Part shown: piece by piece, positions 12,601-27,600 of the stretch
How positions within the stretch are numbered: position 1 is the stretch's first letter
Layout: the number at the start of each line of letters is the position of its first letter
NCBI GenBank assembly: GCA_965235115.1
Contig: OZ249444.1
Location: 17,670,001 to 17,734,000, forward strand
Source: Laetmonice hystrix
Taxonomy: Eukaryota
Direction of reading: 5' to 3'
DNA: 64,000 nt
Position numbers and translations under genes: made by a program
The notes under the pieces: model-generated
Seen by the model: only the letters and a program-made list of their open reading frames with translations
The model's database searches: none
What the model was told of the DNA's origin: nothing

Positions 12601-15600
12601 CAGATACAATCATTACATTCTATGTTGTGTATAAAAAGGGAAAGGCAAATGCATTAATCAGTCATTGAGATGAGATTTAGAGATGTTTTTCTCAGTAGTG
12701 TGACTGGCTTGTTTCACGCATATTTTACGGTAGACGATGCATGTTTAACGTACTGTAGCAGATGATTGGAAGAACAATAACGTGCATGACCATTCAAATA
12801 ATTACAACTGTCAAATTTCCTAACAAATAACCCATCAGTATACAACTTTGTTTCATTTATTCAGTTTCACATGATTCATAAAACCGGTGAAAAGACATAA
12901 AACCGGTGAAAAGACGAAATCGAATTTTCATTCGTGAGGCGGGGGGGGGGGGGGACTATTTATGGACCATTATAACCTCATAATAATAATTATAATCAAG
13001 TTATCAAATTTAACGTCCTTTAAAACATAACGTCCGCATCAATAAAGTTGAGTGCATGAAATGGCGATCTGGAGCGTTACTTGAGAGCTGCTGCTGGGAT
13101 GTTTTCCACAGAGGGTTCTGTTTTTATTATATTTTATTCTCACGCAAACGCTGGCGTGTTCATGCATTCATTGGAATATATTCATTTAATTAGATAATGT
13201 TGGGGGAAAGAGAAATTGATTTAAAGCCATTTAAAATTTGCAATTGAATCCTTGTGGCCTCGGATGTGCGACCTGTCGCCATGCATTTACCTGGGAATCT
13301 AAATATACACAAGCCGCGTCCAATGAGAGCGGCCGACCGGCCGACTGTGACGGGCAGGCCGAGGTGGGCCGGGCACTTGGATGGAAGACGTTGGGATCCA
13401 TTCACATAATACCGGGATCGATATAAACAAGTGGACATCTCCGTCACTCTGACATTGTGAGACATAGACACAAGGATACTGTGGATAGTGAGGTGGTAGG
13501 GCGTGTTAGACCAACCAGCTGGACCGTTACCTCGATCTGACGTATGTTGGATGATAAACTGGTAGGTCCAGTTTTTTATCGACCCTACTTTAGAGTTGGG
13601 AGTGGGCTGTGTGAGTACACACATGTGGCTGTGTTTCACATGGCTCCATCCGTTTACTATATGACGTGTTGGAGGTAGGGGGAATGACGTTCTGCATGGT
13701 GGCCTACTCATACAGATGCTGTTAGAAGAGACCTTGACTGAGTTATGGATTCTGGTACAATGTGTGTCACTGTACACACGATTCTGTGGGTAGATTGTTT
13801 TCTATCATGCTGGTTTTACAATGTTGATATCATTTGAAACATGAGATGATGCGGGAGGTATGGCACTATGGTGTAGGCCTACACAGCATCCCCAAGATAC
13901 TGCCTATACATGCATGACATGTACCGCACGAATAATTTCGGATGATGCGGAAGGTATACCATCCTGGGTAGCAAAATTCCACTGATTAATTGTAACTATG
14001 CTAAAAGGCTTTTATGCTGAAGTTTAGTGTATAGAGGTTATGCAGTGACGTCATTTGGAGGGAAACAGCATGGTCATGTTTATGTTTACGTCCATGGGCA
14101 TTGGCGGAGACTGGTCACGGTTCATTGGATTCTATTCTCCACAGCCTATTTATAAATTGTTGTACGAGCCTGACGATAAGGTTCAGTTGGTAAATGACCC
14201 CGGTGGATTTTGTTTTGTTTTGTTTTTTGTCATAGTCATGCATTTCTCTATAGGACAACCTCTCCACTTTTTAAATCCTAAATTCACCTACATTAGGTGC
14301 AGCTGTAATAGGCTTGTGACCTCTATTCGATAAGGATATCCTTGTTATATGAAACCTGGTTACCTGAACAGGTAAGAACATGATTGGCAATCATTAGCAA
14401 GTCGTTTCCGTTCACCTGTATGATAAGCTCAGTGGGACAATACAAGTCTAATGTCAGTCAGACCTGAGGCCTGAGAACGTTAGACCGGGTATGTCATAAC
14501 CAGAGGGGCCTCACTCACATCCATTACCTTTTTTAGAAAGTCTGTTTTGTTGTATTTGCATGTTAGTTTTTGGTGTGTTTTTCTTTTCCAGGAAAAGTTG
14601 TTATCAAAACTTTTATGTGGGCGTGCTTCGTTATAATTTTGTTTTGTTCATTGAGTTTGTGTGCTAGCTTGCATCTTGTGTTGTAGAAAATTCTTCTTTG
14701 TTTTTTTCTTTATCAGAGCATGGCACAGTAGCGCCACCTATCCATTAGCATACACCTCACATGTCACCATCCAGAGGACTGGTACGACGTGCGAGTTGAG
14801 CTTGAATGGATGATGAAGGACTGTATATGCACAACCTGATCATAGCCCTGGAGATATTGTGAGGAACCGATAAAGATGGCAAAGAGGAGGTTCTCAGACG
14901 CTCCCTATAAACTCATAGTGAATTATCGTGAGTGACATGTTTCATATCAGTCGGGTTAAGGTATGCATCCTCGGACAGAGAAACTGCTACGCTTCTGTGT
15001 ATTTTAATAATAACAGTACTTTTTGTTGCTAGCTTCTCAAGACTTCATTTATATGACAAAACTTGTGTTCTCTATTGATCTGGTTGACACGGGTACTGTT
15101 CTCACACTTTAATTGTAAACGGATTACTTTGAGCAGAACTATATTACAGGCGTTTACAATGGTGTGTACAATGGCTAATTACAGTGGATCTTTTGAAGGC
15201 GATCAAGGGTTAGGGTAACTTTCCGACTTCTAAGGTGGACATTATGACCTTCAAGTCATTCAGGTGAACAAATTACGCAAGAGTAGATTGTGGATTAAAT
15301 GATTGTAGGCTAGTAGCGGATAAGTCCGTGTTGTGGTTGGCCCGTTCGGTCGTCGTCGTGGTACACAAGACTCAGTCGGGAAAACAGCTTAACCTTTCGT
15401 TGGCGGAATGAGGGGTTAAAAATATACAAATGGGAACGAAACCTATGATTAAATAGGCTCCACTCTACTGATACAATGCATATACCTTCATACACTCTTG
15501 TTTGAAAAAAAAACGGGTTTAAATTGTCTGCACTGAAACATTATGGCGAGAGTTTATTATTATAATGCTCTTACTGGCTCGTTATAATTATTCATGACAC

Positions 15601-18600
15601 TATGCCATGTGCCTACTGGATCTGAACTGTGTCTTTGATCTTGTGGAGTTCTGAGACGATTGAACCTTAGAACATGGGGTCAACGGAAGTAGCCTTTAAT
15701 AAGCAACCTCAAAGTGTCCCGACTCTACCAGCTTTGCCTGTGAACCGCAACCGTGAATATTCTGCTAATACCTATTGGTAGCATGTACAGTTCTGTATTT
15801 CCTTGCGTGAGAATTAAGGCGTCGGTGCAGATGTGTGTGTTTACTGGACCGTGACAAGTGACCCAGTCCAAATGAGGTCAAGAAAATAAGAGTATGACAT
15901 CTTTTATTCAGCCCAGATTGATTGAAGCTACCCTTTTCTGCCCTAGCCCCCCTCCCCCACAACACCCCCAGCGGCTGAGTTGATATAGAGTGGCGAGCGA
16001 TTACCTTGTGGTCAGGCACCTAACACTTAAGGAGGTATGTGAAGAGGTGTGTGACAAGAACTCACAGGCACATTATAATTCAACTTATCTCCTTCCTGAT
16101 CTGCCGACGTGTGGGAGTATGTCAGTGTTATAGCAGTACGCCGGGAGAAAACCGCGTTGTAAAGTACTACAAGTGTTTTTTGATGAAGTGTAGTTGAAGT
16201 GCACACATGTCTGAAGAAGTCGAAGGTTAGCGGAGTAGTGGGTCGGCGCTGTGGATGTGATGGTACACACAACACCCAGCTGTGGTCAATATGAGAAGGT
16301 ATAGCCACGTGGGGTGGTGCTTGTCATACCTGGGCCAGGCCTACCTGAACAGGTGACACATACATGTATGTATGACGGACTCGGGTGAATCGACTACCAA
16401 TGTATATCCTGCTACTTTGATTTCCGCACACAGAACCAGGCATGTATCCACATACACATTGGATATAAAGTTGATATCATCCAGCATGAGGTTGCCATGG
16501 AGATCCAGGAGTTACATGGATACAAACCTATAGTGGAGTTCCGAGTAGGCCTACATGGAGCTGCATGATCTATACTAGGCGTCAACGTTACGTTACGATA
16601 AGTAGAGATGAAAGAGGAGTATAAAAGAGAAAGCCGTGTGACGTGGTTACCAAGGCGTATAGAGCAGACGACAGGCACAGACAGACTGGAGAGGAAGACG
16701 TGACCTCTAGGAACCAGGTGGTGGCGGCACCTTTGATCTCAGTTACATTCAGCCTGTACATAAAATTGGAGTCTACATGAGGTAACTGTCCCGCCCACCT
16801 CACTGCGAGCCCCCCCCCCCCCCCCCCCACCACCACCACCACCACCGCCACCACCACAGGTAACGAACCCATCAACACAGACTGCCCACTCCGCCTAGAA
16901 CCTGTCCCAGGCATGAGAATCATACTGTTATCATAAGAGCTGGATCAGTCAGTTACTCAGTCAGTCAGTTAGAAGAAGCGACAGTTGGAGTTTGGCAGAC
17001 AGTGAGTTCGTACCAGGCGTGAGGAGGTGGTGTGTATGTGTCTGTCATTATGGGAGCGTATCCTGGCATTGTCTGTGGTACGTACTGGTATATATGACTG
17101 CTTGTACCTATTGTCCACAGACAGCCAGGTGGAAATCTCACAATTCAGGTGATATCCCAAAACCAGCCAGAGAAACTTTCTGCATGAAGACCTCTTTGGG
17201 ACGTATCTTCGTGAATCCCCTATGACACTTTCTAACTGTGAGTTGCATATATCCGTGCCATATAGGCCTGCTGACTGCCACGGTCAAAGGATATATAACG
17301 TGTGATATACCCAGTGTTATGACAGCGTGTGTCAGCATTGCATCACAACCCGTCCCAGGGAACGCGTGGGGAGCGAGCCAGTCCAAGTGGACATACCTGT
17401 GGCGTCTTTTCACCGCAGGTGTGGGTGGACACACTTACCTGCACTAACGCCTCCCCCATTCCACATCCACCAACACACTCCGCTGGCGAACAAACGCTGC
17501 TCTGGTTGTATATACCACTGAGTCTGTAGAATCTACAGGAGTTAGTTGATCTCTCCCAGAGATCAGTGGCTGCTCTGGTTGTATGCTATACCACTGAGCC
17601 TGTAGAATCGACAGGAGTTAGTTGATCCCTCGCACAGATCAGTGGCTGCCACTGATGAAGCGGAAACCAGCGATTGATCAGGGCACCAGGAGAGGCTCCA
17701 CAACTGATGAATTAACTTGGCGGCACGTGGAGTGCTCCAATCACACCCCCCCCGTCTCCCCCCAATTACACTGGGCAGAGGGGAGGAGCCGGGTGACCGG
17801 GTCACAGTCATATTGATTGGCTGAGACTGCTGGGACGTCAGGATAACGTTAATAAGGAGGCTGGACCTGATCAGGACCGTGTGTACTGTCGGATACAGTG
17901 GTCCGTGGGATAGCTTGAGAAAAGGACGAGGTGTATGTACGAGTGGGCACTGCTCTAATAGAAAGGACGCGAGTAAACTTTCAATGATCACATGGATTAG
18001 TATTTAATGGATTTACTTTGGAGACAGCAGGTGGATTTATGCCAGGAATCAACCTTGAAGGGACAAAGCGGAGTAAAGTCTACCGTGAAGGGACCAGCTG
18101 GATGTATGGTCAGGAATCGACCTTGGAGGCAGGGTGGACCAGGTGGATGTATGTAAGAAATCAACCTTGAAGGTACCAGGTTGATGCACAGAAGGAGGCA
18201 AACTTGGATGATTTTGTTGTGTCCTCATTAACTAAGAACTGGGACTGTATCAGGTGTGGCTAATGTCGGATATTACACAGTTACACCTGCATCTCCATGG
18301 AAACAATACCTGAGTGCATTAATTAATCTTTGAGATAAGGCGTAACGCCTACATGTGGTGGTAACCTGTAGCCAATAATGGTTATTAATTAACAAATTGA
18401 CAAAGGTAATAACAGAGGGATAGATGGCCAGGTATGGAGACTATGACCAGGTCGTGGGTACCCAGCGTTCACAGCCCCGACAGCAGGCGTTCATCATCCA
18501 TAGTTTATGACCAGGTAACCCTGTTTTCACGTGGTGCCCACTCCGAGAACCCCATCTCAAGCGATCCGTGGAACCTGGGCACGTGCTCCACACCTGTCCA

Positions 18601-21600
18601 TCAAACTCGTCAAATAGCGTCACAATGGGAGCATCCAGTGTAAATAACAGCCAGTTGATGTGACCTCAAAGTGACCCGTGCTGCTGAAACTGCGCAAATC
18701 CAACCAATGAGGCGATCCTTTACTAGGGTACGGCTGGGAAAGCGCGTCTGCAGGAAACGTGTTGGCGGCTCCAGCAGCCGTCGGAGAAAAGGCCATGGCA
18801 GTGAACTGGTTTCCCTTGGAGTCGGCACTCATGTGTGTCGGCAGATATCGTAGTGGTTATCTCAGATGATAATGAGATTTAAAAAACGTTTTCACACCAC
18901 CTGGGACAAAAAGAGACGCAATGAATCACGTATTAATTAGTGTGCGTCAATTATCTAGAGTGCACATCGTGGCATCAGTCGTTTGTTTAATCGCTGCATT
19001 GTTCTACACCTAATCACTCATCACCTTCTGTATACAGGCAGTAGTAGCTTATTGAAGGTGTTGTGACAGACAGATAGAGAGCCTTAAAAAAATGCCTTCA
19101 CACCCCACATTCACAGCTACCAGCCTGAAACACCTGAGTGGAATTTAGGCCCGGGGGAGTGACAGGTCCCAACTTAAAAGGATACCGTACTGACCATGAC
19201 TTTACACTCAAATATTGTCATTGTGCATTCTGCGCTTCTCGAGTCAGGCATGCCCTTCTGCTCAGCACACAGAGATGACAGTTCAAAGAACAACTGAAAG
19301 ATGAACCTATTCAAAGGTGTCCGCTTCGCCTCAGGAAGTTGGTTAGCTCTCCGTTGCTAGGAGAAATAGAGACACGCAAACCATCTCTGTTTGTTTCTAC
19401 CGTGACATGAGATAAAGAATTTCAGATTCCGGTACCTTGTATTATGGACAGAAACACCCAAAGTATTAGCTGGAAGTCTGCCAATCCTGCATGCTTTGTC
19501 CCAGAGGTGTATGTAAACAATTTTTAAATGTGGACTGTGCTGTGTTGGAGGATAGAGTACCAAAGTTTGGTCCCTGGTTCATGTGCATAACGTGACAATG
19601 TTGGAGCCACCGCCCTTGCCTGAGGTCGACGACAACCTGTTACCCTTACCAGGTAGGTCAAGGTCAAACGTCACACTGAAGGTCAAGGGTCATTCATGGC
19701 CATATCGAGGCCAGATGATCCTTGCCACATTTATAACGCTCAGTTTTGTTTTTATGTGAAATTAAGCATATACCACATTAATGTATTTCCCATCACTGCA
19801 TGGACAGAATGTCATATTGGTTTGGTGTCTGGATTTATAGCAACTGGACATGTTATATGTCATTACAGCAGACTATGGTGGTAGTGATGCCAACTTTCCA
19901 ACGCCCTACCTCCATTGTTAGGGCTGATTCACATTGAATGTTTTAATCATTAGATGAACACATACCTACCTATTACTCATGGTGCAGAATGCAACATGGG
20001 GTTTAACTTTAGGGAGCCATCAGTGACAAGGAAAAGGTTGAGAACCTCAGGATAAAGATATGTAAAAGCTATCCAATTGGTGATAGGCTGAGTGTACGAG
20101 GAGGGGGACATAGAAAATAGTCTAAATAAGGCTAGAATCAGTAGTCTCCTCAGAAACCAATATTAAACAGAACATCTGTTGTCCGATGTTCTGTTCACGA
20201 GCGTTTCCTAGAACAGCTCCTGGAGTTTTCCTGATGGCGGGATGTGTCTCGTATTTCTTGATCAAACCTGCGAACCATTGTAATTTACTAGGAACCGCAG
20301 TGCTACTTTATTCAGGCTAACACCATCCCAGGTGTTGTACCGACATCTGAAGTGGTAATTTATCATTTTCCAGATGGATGTGACAGAACCTGGGTAAATA
20401 TGGCTCAGCATTTTATGACATCAAGAGCCTGTACAATATTGCCAGCGTTTATAACTCTGGAGGCCTCTGTAGCAGTCTACCGATACAATACACCTCGGCT
20501 CCCGAACACTATCAGTATTCGTAGGATTTTTGTTTCACTGTTGTGTTTTCCGTGGATGGGTGTATTTCTATGTGTTGAAGGAGGCACTTGTTTGGTAACC
20601 GAAGACAGCATTGATGGCATGTAATGTATTGATATGGAGGATCAGGGTAAATGGCATCCACGGCTTGAAGTAATCAAGTTACCGAGTACCTACCGCCAAA
20701 CTTAACCACAGGCGGGTACTGAGATAACAACACGACATGAATGGAGGATCAGAGTAAATGACATCCACGGCTTGGAGTAATCAAGTTACCGAGTACCTAC
20801 CGCCAAACTAAACCACAGGCGGGTACTGAGATAACGACACGACATGAATGGAGGATCAGGGTAAATGGCATCCACGGCTTGAAGTATTCAAGTTACCGAG
20901 TACCTACCGCCAAACTTAACCACAGGCGGGTACTGAGATAACGACACGACATGAATGGAGGATCAGGGTAAATGACATCCACGGCTTGGAGTAATCAAGT
21001 TACCGAGTACCTACCGCCAAACTTAACCACAGGCGGGTACTGAGATAACACTATATTAAATGGCGAAAACATGATTAAAACGGATTTTGCCGAGGTGTCT
21101 GACTCAAGTATTAGTGGAGATTTAGCGACAAGTCAGACCACGTCTCGTATAACGAGATGGCAGCAAGGGCTAGCCTACTATAGTCTGCCAATGTTAGCCA
21201 AACACACCAGACAGATATTTGGGCTTAGTTTTATACCTTTGTGAAATTGATATAACAGATAACAGATTGATGTGGGCTTTGTCTTCTTAATGGTCGTTTG
21301 TTGAGGATCTCTACTTCTGAAAACATTGTTTTCTTTCTCCAAATTCAATATAATATTAAACTATTTATGTCGCTGCACATGTCAGTACCCACAAGTATTA
21401 TTCCACATTATCCGATGTATCAGGTTTCTTTTCCCTACGTCTCATGACTTGCCGCTGTAACTATGCATTGTAGTGATGTAGTCTTGGTGTCTCCAAATGT
21501 TGGTAATTGTAGAAGGGGTGACAATTTAACGTATTAGTTCTTGTTGAGTGGCGCCATGCTGTCATTTATCAGATAAACAATGTACTGAAATTATACAAAA

Positions 21601-24600
21601 AGCATCGTTTGAAAGGATAAATCAATCTTGTTAAGCATTAAAATTGTTTTCGTACACTGCATGTAGAATGTACAAGTATTATGAGTCAGACACCCAGGCG
21701 TCTCCCCGTGGAATTAGATGTCGGTCCTGCTGACCAGTCTGTCTACAACAGACTGATAACTGTAACACCCTGAGGAAGTTTTGTCTGACTCACTGGGTGG
21801 TGACATTAGGGATCCCGTGGTACCACCATCGGTGACATACTGTAAACTTAAAACACAATACATGCAGCGGTACATGCTCTGAGGCATGTAGCACGGCGAA
21901 ATGCACTCAATCAAAGTAAAGTTCAAACCAACCAAGGAGAGCTAAAGTTAGATAAGAAGGTATATTTAGATAAAGACGCCACTTCCTCGTACATGACCAG
22001 TAAAGTATAGAGAGTATGTCTAAAGGGAAGAAAATGGAGAATAGACAGAGAGTTTAGTCAGATATTACCGGTACCAAGGAGAAGTTTAGGTTCGTGAATA
22101 TAGCAGTGATAATATAGACGACCTTCCTCTAGGCAAAAGAGGAAATTGATACCAAAGAAAATATCCTGACTGCTGCCGTATATTTGGTAAATTTGCCACT
22201 AATCACCGGGGAAATATTAATTTGACCAATGAGATAGACGTACCAGAATGAGGCCAGACCATCATGTTATTCTCCCAGGCCTGCTCGCTCGCTGGCAGTC
22301 AGTGGCACGAAATTAGAGAATCATAGAAAAAACAGATATGTGCATCACGATAATTGGTGTGGAGGGCGGTGGGGAGTAGCGGGATAACTCAATTTATTAG
22401 TTATTTCATACGTCAGTGATCTAACTTGTTCATTTTGCGACTCAAAGATGATTACCGCATGTGCAGCAGTACAAGAGTAGTGATAAGGAAATGGTCTGCT
22501 GCTGTTGCCGTGTAATGTTATGTAATGACCTTTGTCTTTAAAGGACGGCATAATGAGGTGGAATGAAGAGATTAAATAGCCAGTGAAGTAGAAAATTGAG
22601 ATAAGGCTACATCTAATCATAGGAAACCCCTGGTTAAAGATAAATGCGTCCTTACTTGATTGGAAGTTCCTCGTTATTTACATCTTTCATTGTGTGCTGC
22701 TAGCTTTGGCATTTGCTTCTGTTTCAAAACAATTATTTTGAAGCTGAGCTCCGGATGCTATTTTTCATTGAAGGTTAAGGAGTCCAAGATTGCATGGTTA
22801 ATGCAATAGAGAGTCGAATATATCACATCTAATTCCCAAGTCTACATAATACGTTATTATTGAGTAATAATAGTACATAACATCTAAATCACGGGTCTAC
22901 ATAATACACGTACGTTATAATTGAGTAATAATAATACATCACATCTAATTCACAGGGCTACATAATACATTATGATTCAGTAATAACAAGGATTTTCCCG
23001 TGGCACCGAACCAAATATTAGTAAAATTCAGTATTATACTATATTTTTCTTTTGAAATGCACGGGCATCAGGGGTAACCCAATTACTTTGACAATGTCCC
23101 TAAAGAGAAAAGTTGTATAGTCCTCTACAGGAATCGAACCCAGGCCCTAAGATTACTGCACCCATTCGCATAGCATAAGGTACAGTGTTTGGACAAAAGT
23201 GCCGTAAATTATCCTGAGGAGTTGAAGATGTTTTTACGAAGTTGCATTATACATCACGATTCACTATCTAAGACGTGGGCCTACATTGATTTGTTTCCAA
23301 GAGACACGGCTCTATGAAATACCCTCAGTTAGTCTTGTATTCTCTCTGCAGGGGGCGCTGAATACAGTTGGCAAGTTGGTGGAGTCTAAATGAACCAGTA
23401 ACTGGCTGGAATAATGACTTGTCTGCCAGTAGTCGTGCTCTCTTGTCCTTCATCAGTGGAGTCGGGCAGATGAATAGGTTGAGCGGATATAATTTCTGTG
23501 GGAGGCCAGACACGTAGGTAGTGGTCAAGCAGTGGGATTTAGTAGTGAGGTAGTGTAGGTGGCAGACAACATTTGTCCTCCATGCAGTCAGCAAGGCACC
23601 AGTATCAGCTATCGTTGGTTTCCATAGTTACAACATCCAGGCACAGAAAAAATGAAATTAACTCATTTCTTGTCCGTTAGGAATAATTTCTTCAAAGTCC
23701 TGTGCCATCAGATTTAATTTTGAAGTGAGTACAGTTTAGCATTTAATACTGAAATCTTTTATTGCCCTAGTAACAGATGAATCCAATATTTTTTTAACAA
23801 GGACACTGTGGCCGGTTCCCAGGTGACAACACAAACCATCCTGGACGCCCTGGGATGATATTTTTTACAACCGCACCACCAGCACCACCACCACCGCCAC
23901 CACCAGTACCACCACCACCACGTGGACCAGTTCCATTTCCTCTCAATATTGATCATAGATGGCGCCAGTAGATGTGTTGGTGGTCGTTTTCGGGCAAGCA
24001 AACATATGTCTGTTGATGACAAGAGTGGGAGGACGGGGGGGGGGGGGGGTACTAGAATATATCGGGCAGCAGTCGCCAGACAAGGAAACAATGTATAGAA
24101 TCGTTGGTTCCTGGTTCTAGTCCTTACCCGCACCCAGTGATGCGTTCAGGCACTATGGAAATTGTCCATAGCAACTGAGTAGCATCGCGTTGCTTGATTG
24201 GAATTCCGTTTTCCCTCCAGGTCTTTCAATGCGGGAATCCTGACGCTGCTTCCAGTGAGTCTGTGAGTGCACATAATGATGAAAGAGTCCAAGTTGTGAA
24301 GCGTCAAAGAGCACTTTTATCCCCGGAACTTGACTCACTTTCTGAAATAACTCGTCTTCAAAACAAACAAAACAAGTTACTATTTGAAGAAAGCATTACG
24401 GTATGACAAATCTAACTGAATAAAAAAACATTGAAATTCTAAGCGTTGAAGGAAGGGAAAGATTTAATTCAGTTTTGGGGACGATACCTTAAAACCAGAC
24501 AAGTTAAAGTACACACCGTGATGGTCTGGGTATAATTTGGCAATGGTTCTCCCCTCTTTCTTTGTTAATTAAAGTGAGGGGGGAAGCTATTATCACTTGG

Positions 24601-27600
24601 ACGATCTCCAGGCAGAGATTCCTGCCAAGATTCTTTTTCTTGTTTTCCTTTCCACAGTTTGCTGCTGTGGCGTGGAATTCGGTCTATAATCGTAATTGTT
24701 TGGAGAGCAGGTTTTATAGAACCACGATGGCGTGAAACGTATATATAACATCTTCATCACGACCTCCGACCATCTGGAAAATATGTTGTCTGACATAGGT
24801 TCAGGACATGGCACGTCATACTCAGACAGAGACAGAATCCTTTACTTTCAAGTCTCAGTATACATAGAGTAACATTCATGTAATCTAACTGATGTTGTGT
24901 TTTTGGAGAGAAAAGACTGCAGTGAATGTCATCGTCACAGATTTCTCGCGAGAACAGCTGTAAAGGCCAAGGTCGATCTTCCCTAATTACGGAAGGCCTG
25001 TTGTCAGGGTGACAATGATTGTTACCATAGTAACTGTCTGACCGTACACGACGCCTATTAAGGGGGCCAATCAGTGGACAGTGAAGAAGGTGTTCAAAGA
25101 GACCTGATGAGGCTGCGACCCTCGCCAGTAATGAGGCGATCTCCGACTAATGACACGTTACATTTTTGAAACACAAAGTGTATTCTTCTGGCAGGGCCCT
25201 TGTAAATTTTTTTTAATTTCAGATTTGATGTTTTTAGTCCATAACGGCTATCTGCGAACGGGTGTTTATAACTTACCCTCGTGAATATGTACCCGTGTAT
25301 ATGATTTAATGATCATGGTCGTATCATGGCATCAGATACGTAATCTTAGGGCCTGGGTTCGATTCCTGTAGAGGACTATACAACTTTTCTCTTTAGGGAC
25401 ATTGTCAAAGTAATTGGGTTACCCCTGATGCCCGTGCATTTCAAAAGAAAAATACAGTATGAACCATTATGAAGTGTGTTCCGTACGTCCCGTATCAGGA
25501 ACATTGCAAGTCCATTGAGTTAGTTTGCAGTCTGTTCCGTTCTAGGGAACCGTATCGAGAAAGTCGCAAACTATGGTAATTTGAGGCATGTCTAGAAAGT
25601 CTCAGTGGAAGTTCCTGTGCAGTGTCGAGCTTTTGTTATCAAGCAGATGTAGTAACTTTTTGGGGAGTTCGCATTGACGATGCATTGAGAGCACTCTTAG
25701 AAATTTCATCGATTCTCACCAGTTTTTGTAGGGTTCTGGACTTATTTTTCGACACGATTCATGAAGCAGTTGTGAATGTGTGCGTGATTGTGTAGGAGGG
25801 AGGTCGTGTTTGACCTCAGATAATGGGACGACACCGACGTCTTACCTCACTACTCAGGGGGCCTCGGGTCAACATAGACAGGATGCTATACTTAACACTC
25901 AACTTGTCCCATAACATTATAGATAGAGGTCAATTTTTAATCTGTGACCGAAAAAAGATGACAAAAAACTTCCTGGGTGAAGCCTATGCAAGACTTAGTC
26001 ATCTGTTTTGTTATACGAGGAATTCAACATACGACTGCTTTTCCTGGTTATGTAAATTTCTGTTGAACAGTATTTGACTATAAACAAAAACATGCCAGGT
26101 GTCGTGACGGGAAGCGTCAACCCGCCAGGTGTAGCCCCGGGATGAATGTATTATCATACTTGTATAGATCCAGGGGCTATGTGCCGTTAGTGGTGGCCAA
26201 CTATAGATCCTTACATGAGTGGTGACTACACACTTGGAATAATTCCAGATATTTGGTCCAAGCTGTAGCTAACCACATAATGAACACATATTGGAGAGTC
26301 CATTATACGAATCTTATGATAACTGGCCCAGCGAAGGCAGTCTGGTGATCACCGGAGCCGAACTGACCACCAGTTCTCATGTCACAGCGGTCCAGTTGTG
26401 AGTGACGATTAATAGCAGCCCAGCGGTGATTTGCATGGATCTCAGCCGGTCAGGGTCCGTCTAGTGATCCCAGGCGGAATGAATGAAAGTCCACACTGGT
26501 GGCCTGGTTTTAGTGATCAACAGGTCCGTCTAGTGGTGATTACCGGTGGTCAGACCAGTCCAGCGGTAACAAGAGACCAGTCCAGCGGTAACAAGAGACC
26601 AGTCCAGCCGGTCAGGGTCCGTCTAGTGATCCCGGGCGGGATGAAGTCCACACTGGTGGCCTGGTTTTAGTGATCAACAGGTCCGTCTAGTGGTGATTAA
26701 TAGGCCGGTGGTCAGACCAGTCCAGCGGTAACAAGAGACCAGTCCAGCGGTAACCAGTGACCAGTCAAACTGTATTACCTAGAGACCAGTCCAGGCCTAG
26801 AACACCATGGTCGGCATAGACCAGTGATCGCCCTGATGTGGGGATTCCCCGATCCACAACCAGACTGTGAGATGGTAAAGTGAAGAGAATTGTCGATACG
26901 AGGACCCCCGGTCAGCTGACTGGTGGAGATAGGGAGAGCCAGCGAGTGGTGATCAGATGTGGGTTATAGAGCGCTGGTGACAGTCGCTCGGTATGGTGTG
27001 ATCATGACCGTCGTCGATCGTCACACGGCCGCCGTGGTAGGTCACCGCCGTCCACAACACCCACCGCTCACCGTCCAGTTCCGTGGGCGTGTTCTATAAG
27101 TAACGGACAGCCAGCCGTCTTGGATGACATCAGTGTCAGCATCATGTCCCCACGGCTCGTCATCAAGCCTCACATGTGTGTTGTAGGACTGAATAAGGCA
27201 TGCTTACCTAACTACGGAGACATTACACAGCCAAGCAGGTCATATGGTGTTTCATGCTGTTGTGGATCCTAATCGGACACACATATAGAGCCTCCAGTTG
27301 TCACTGACATGCGGCAGCGATGGCAGAGGACATTGACCAGCTCAGGGAACAGGGACCAGGGCAGAATTTTAGTAAGTATTATTGCCAGCTCCAGAATCCT
27401 GTTAGCTCTGATAAATGAGAATGGTCAGCCATATGCTGCTCCATGGTGTATTGGTCAGTCTGGGTCAGTGTATTGGTGTTCTTGATTTGGATGTGATGAT
27501 CTATTACTATAGTCATTGTTGGATATCATTGTTTTCTCTATGGTTTTTTTATGGGCAGATGAGCACGAATCTTATTTACAGGTATGGTATACCTATAGAA

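Noticed and set aside
13190-13777. 195-aa minus-strand ORF, the longest non-repeat orphan
   Set aside because: No recognisable motif, non-coding-like composition, no splice support.
14760-14836. Peptide HHPEDWYDVRVELE resembling the Trio/Kalirin post-Sec14 linker
   Set aside because: The frame is bounded by stops on both sides within a presumptive UTR; likely coincidence.
25340-25380. tRNA gene
   Set aside because: B-box only; no cloverleaf or convincing A-box.
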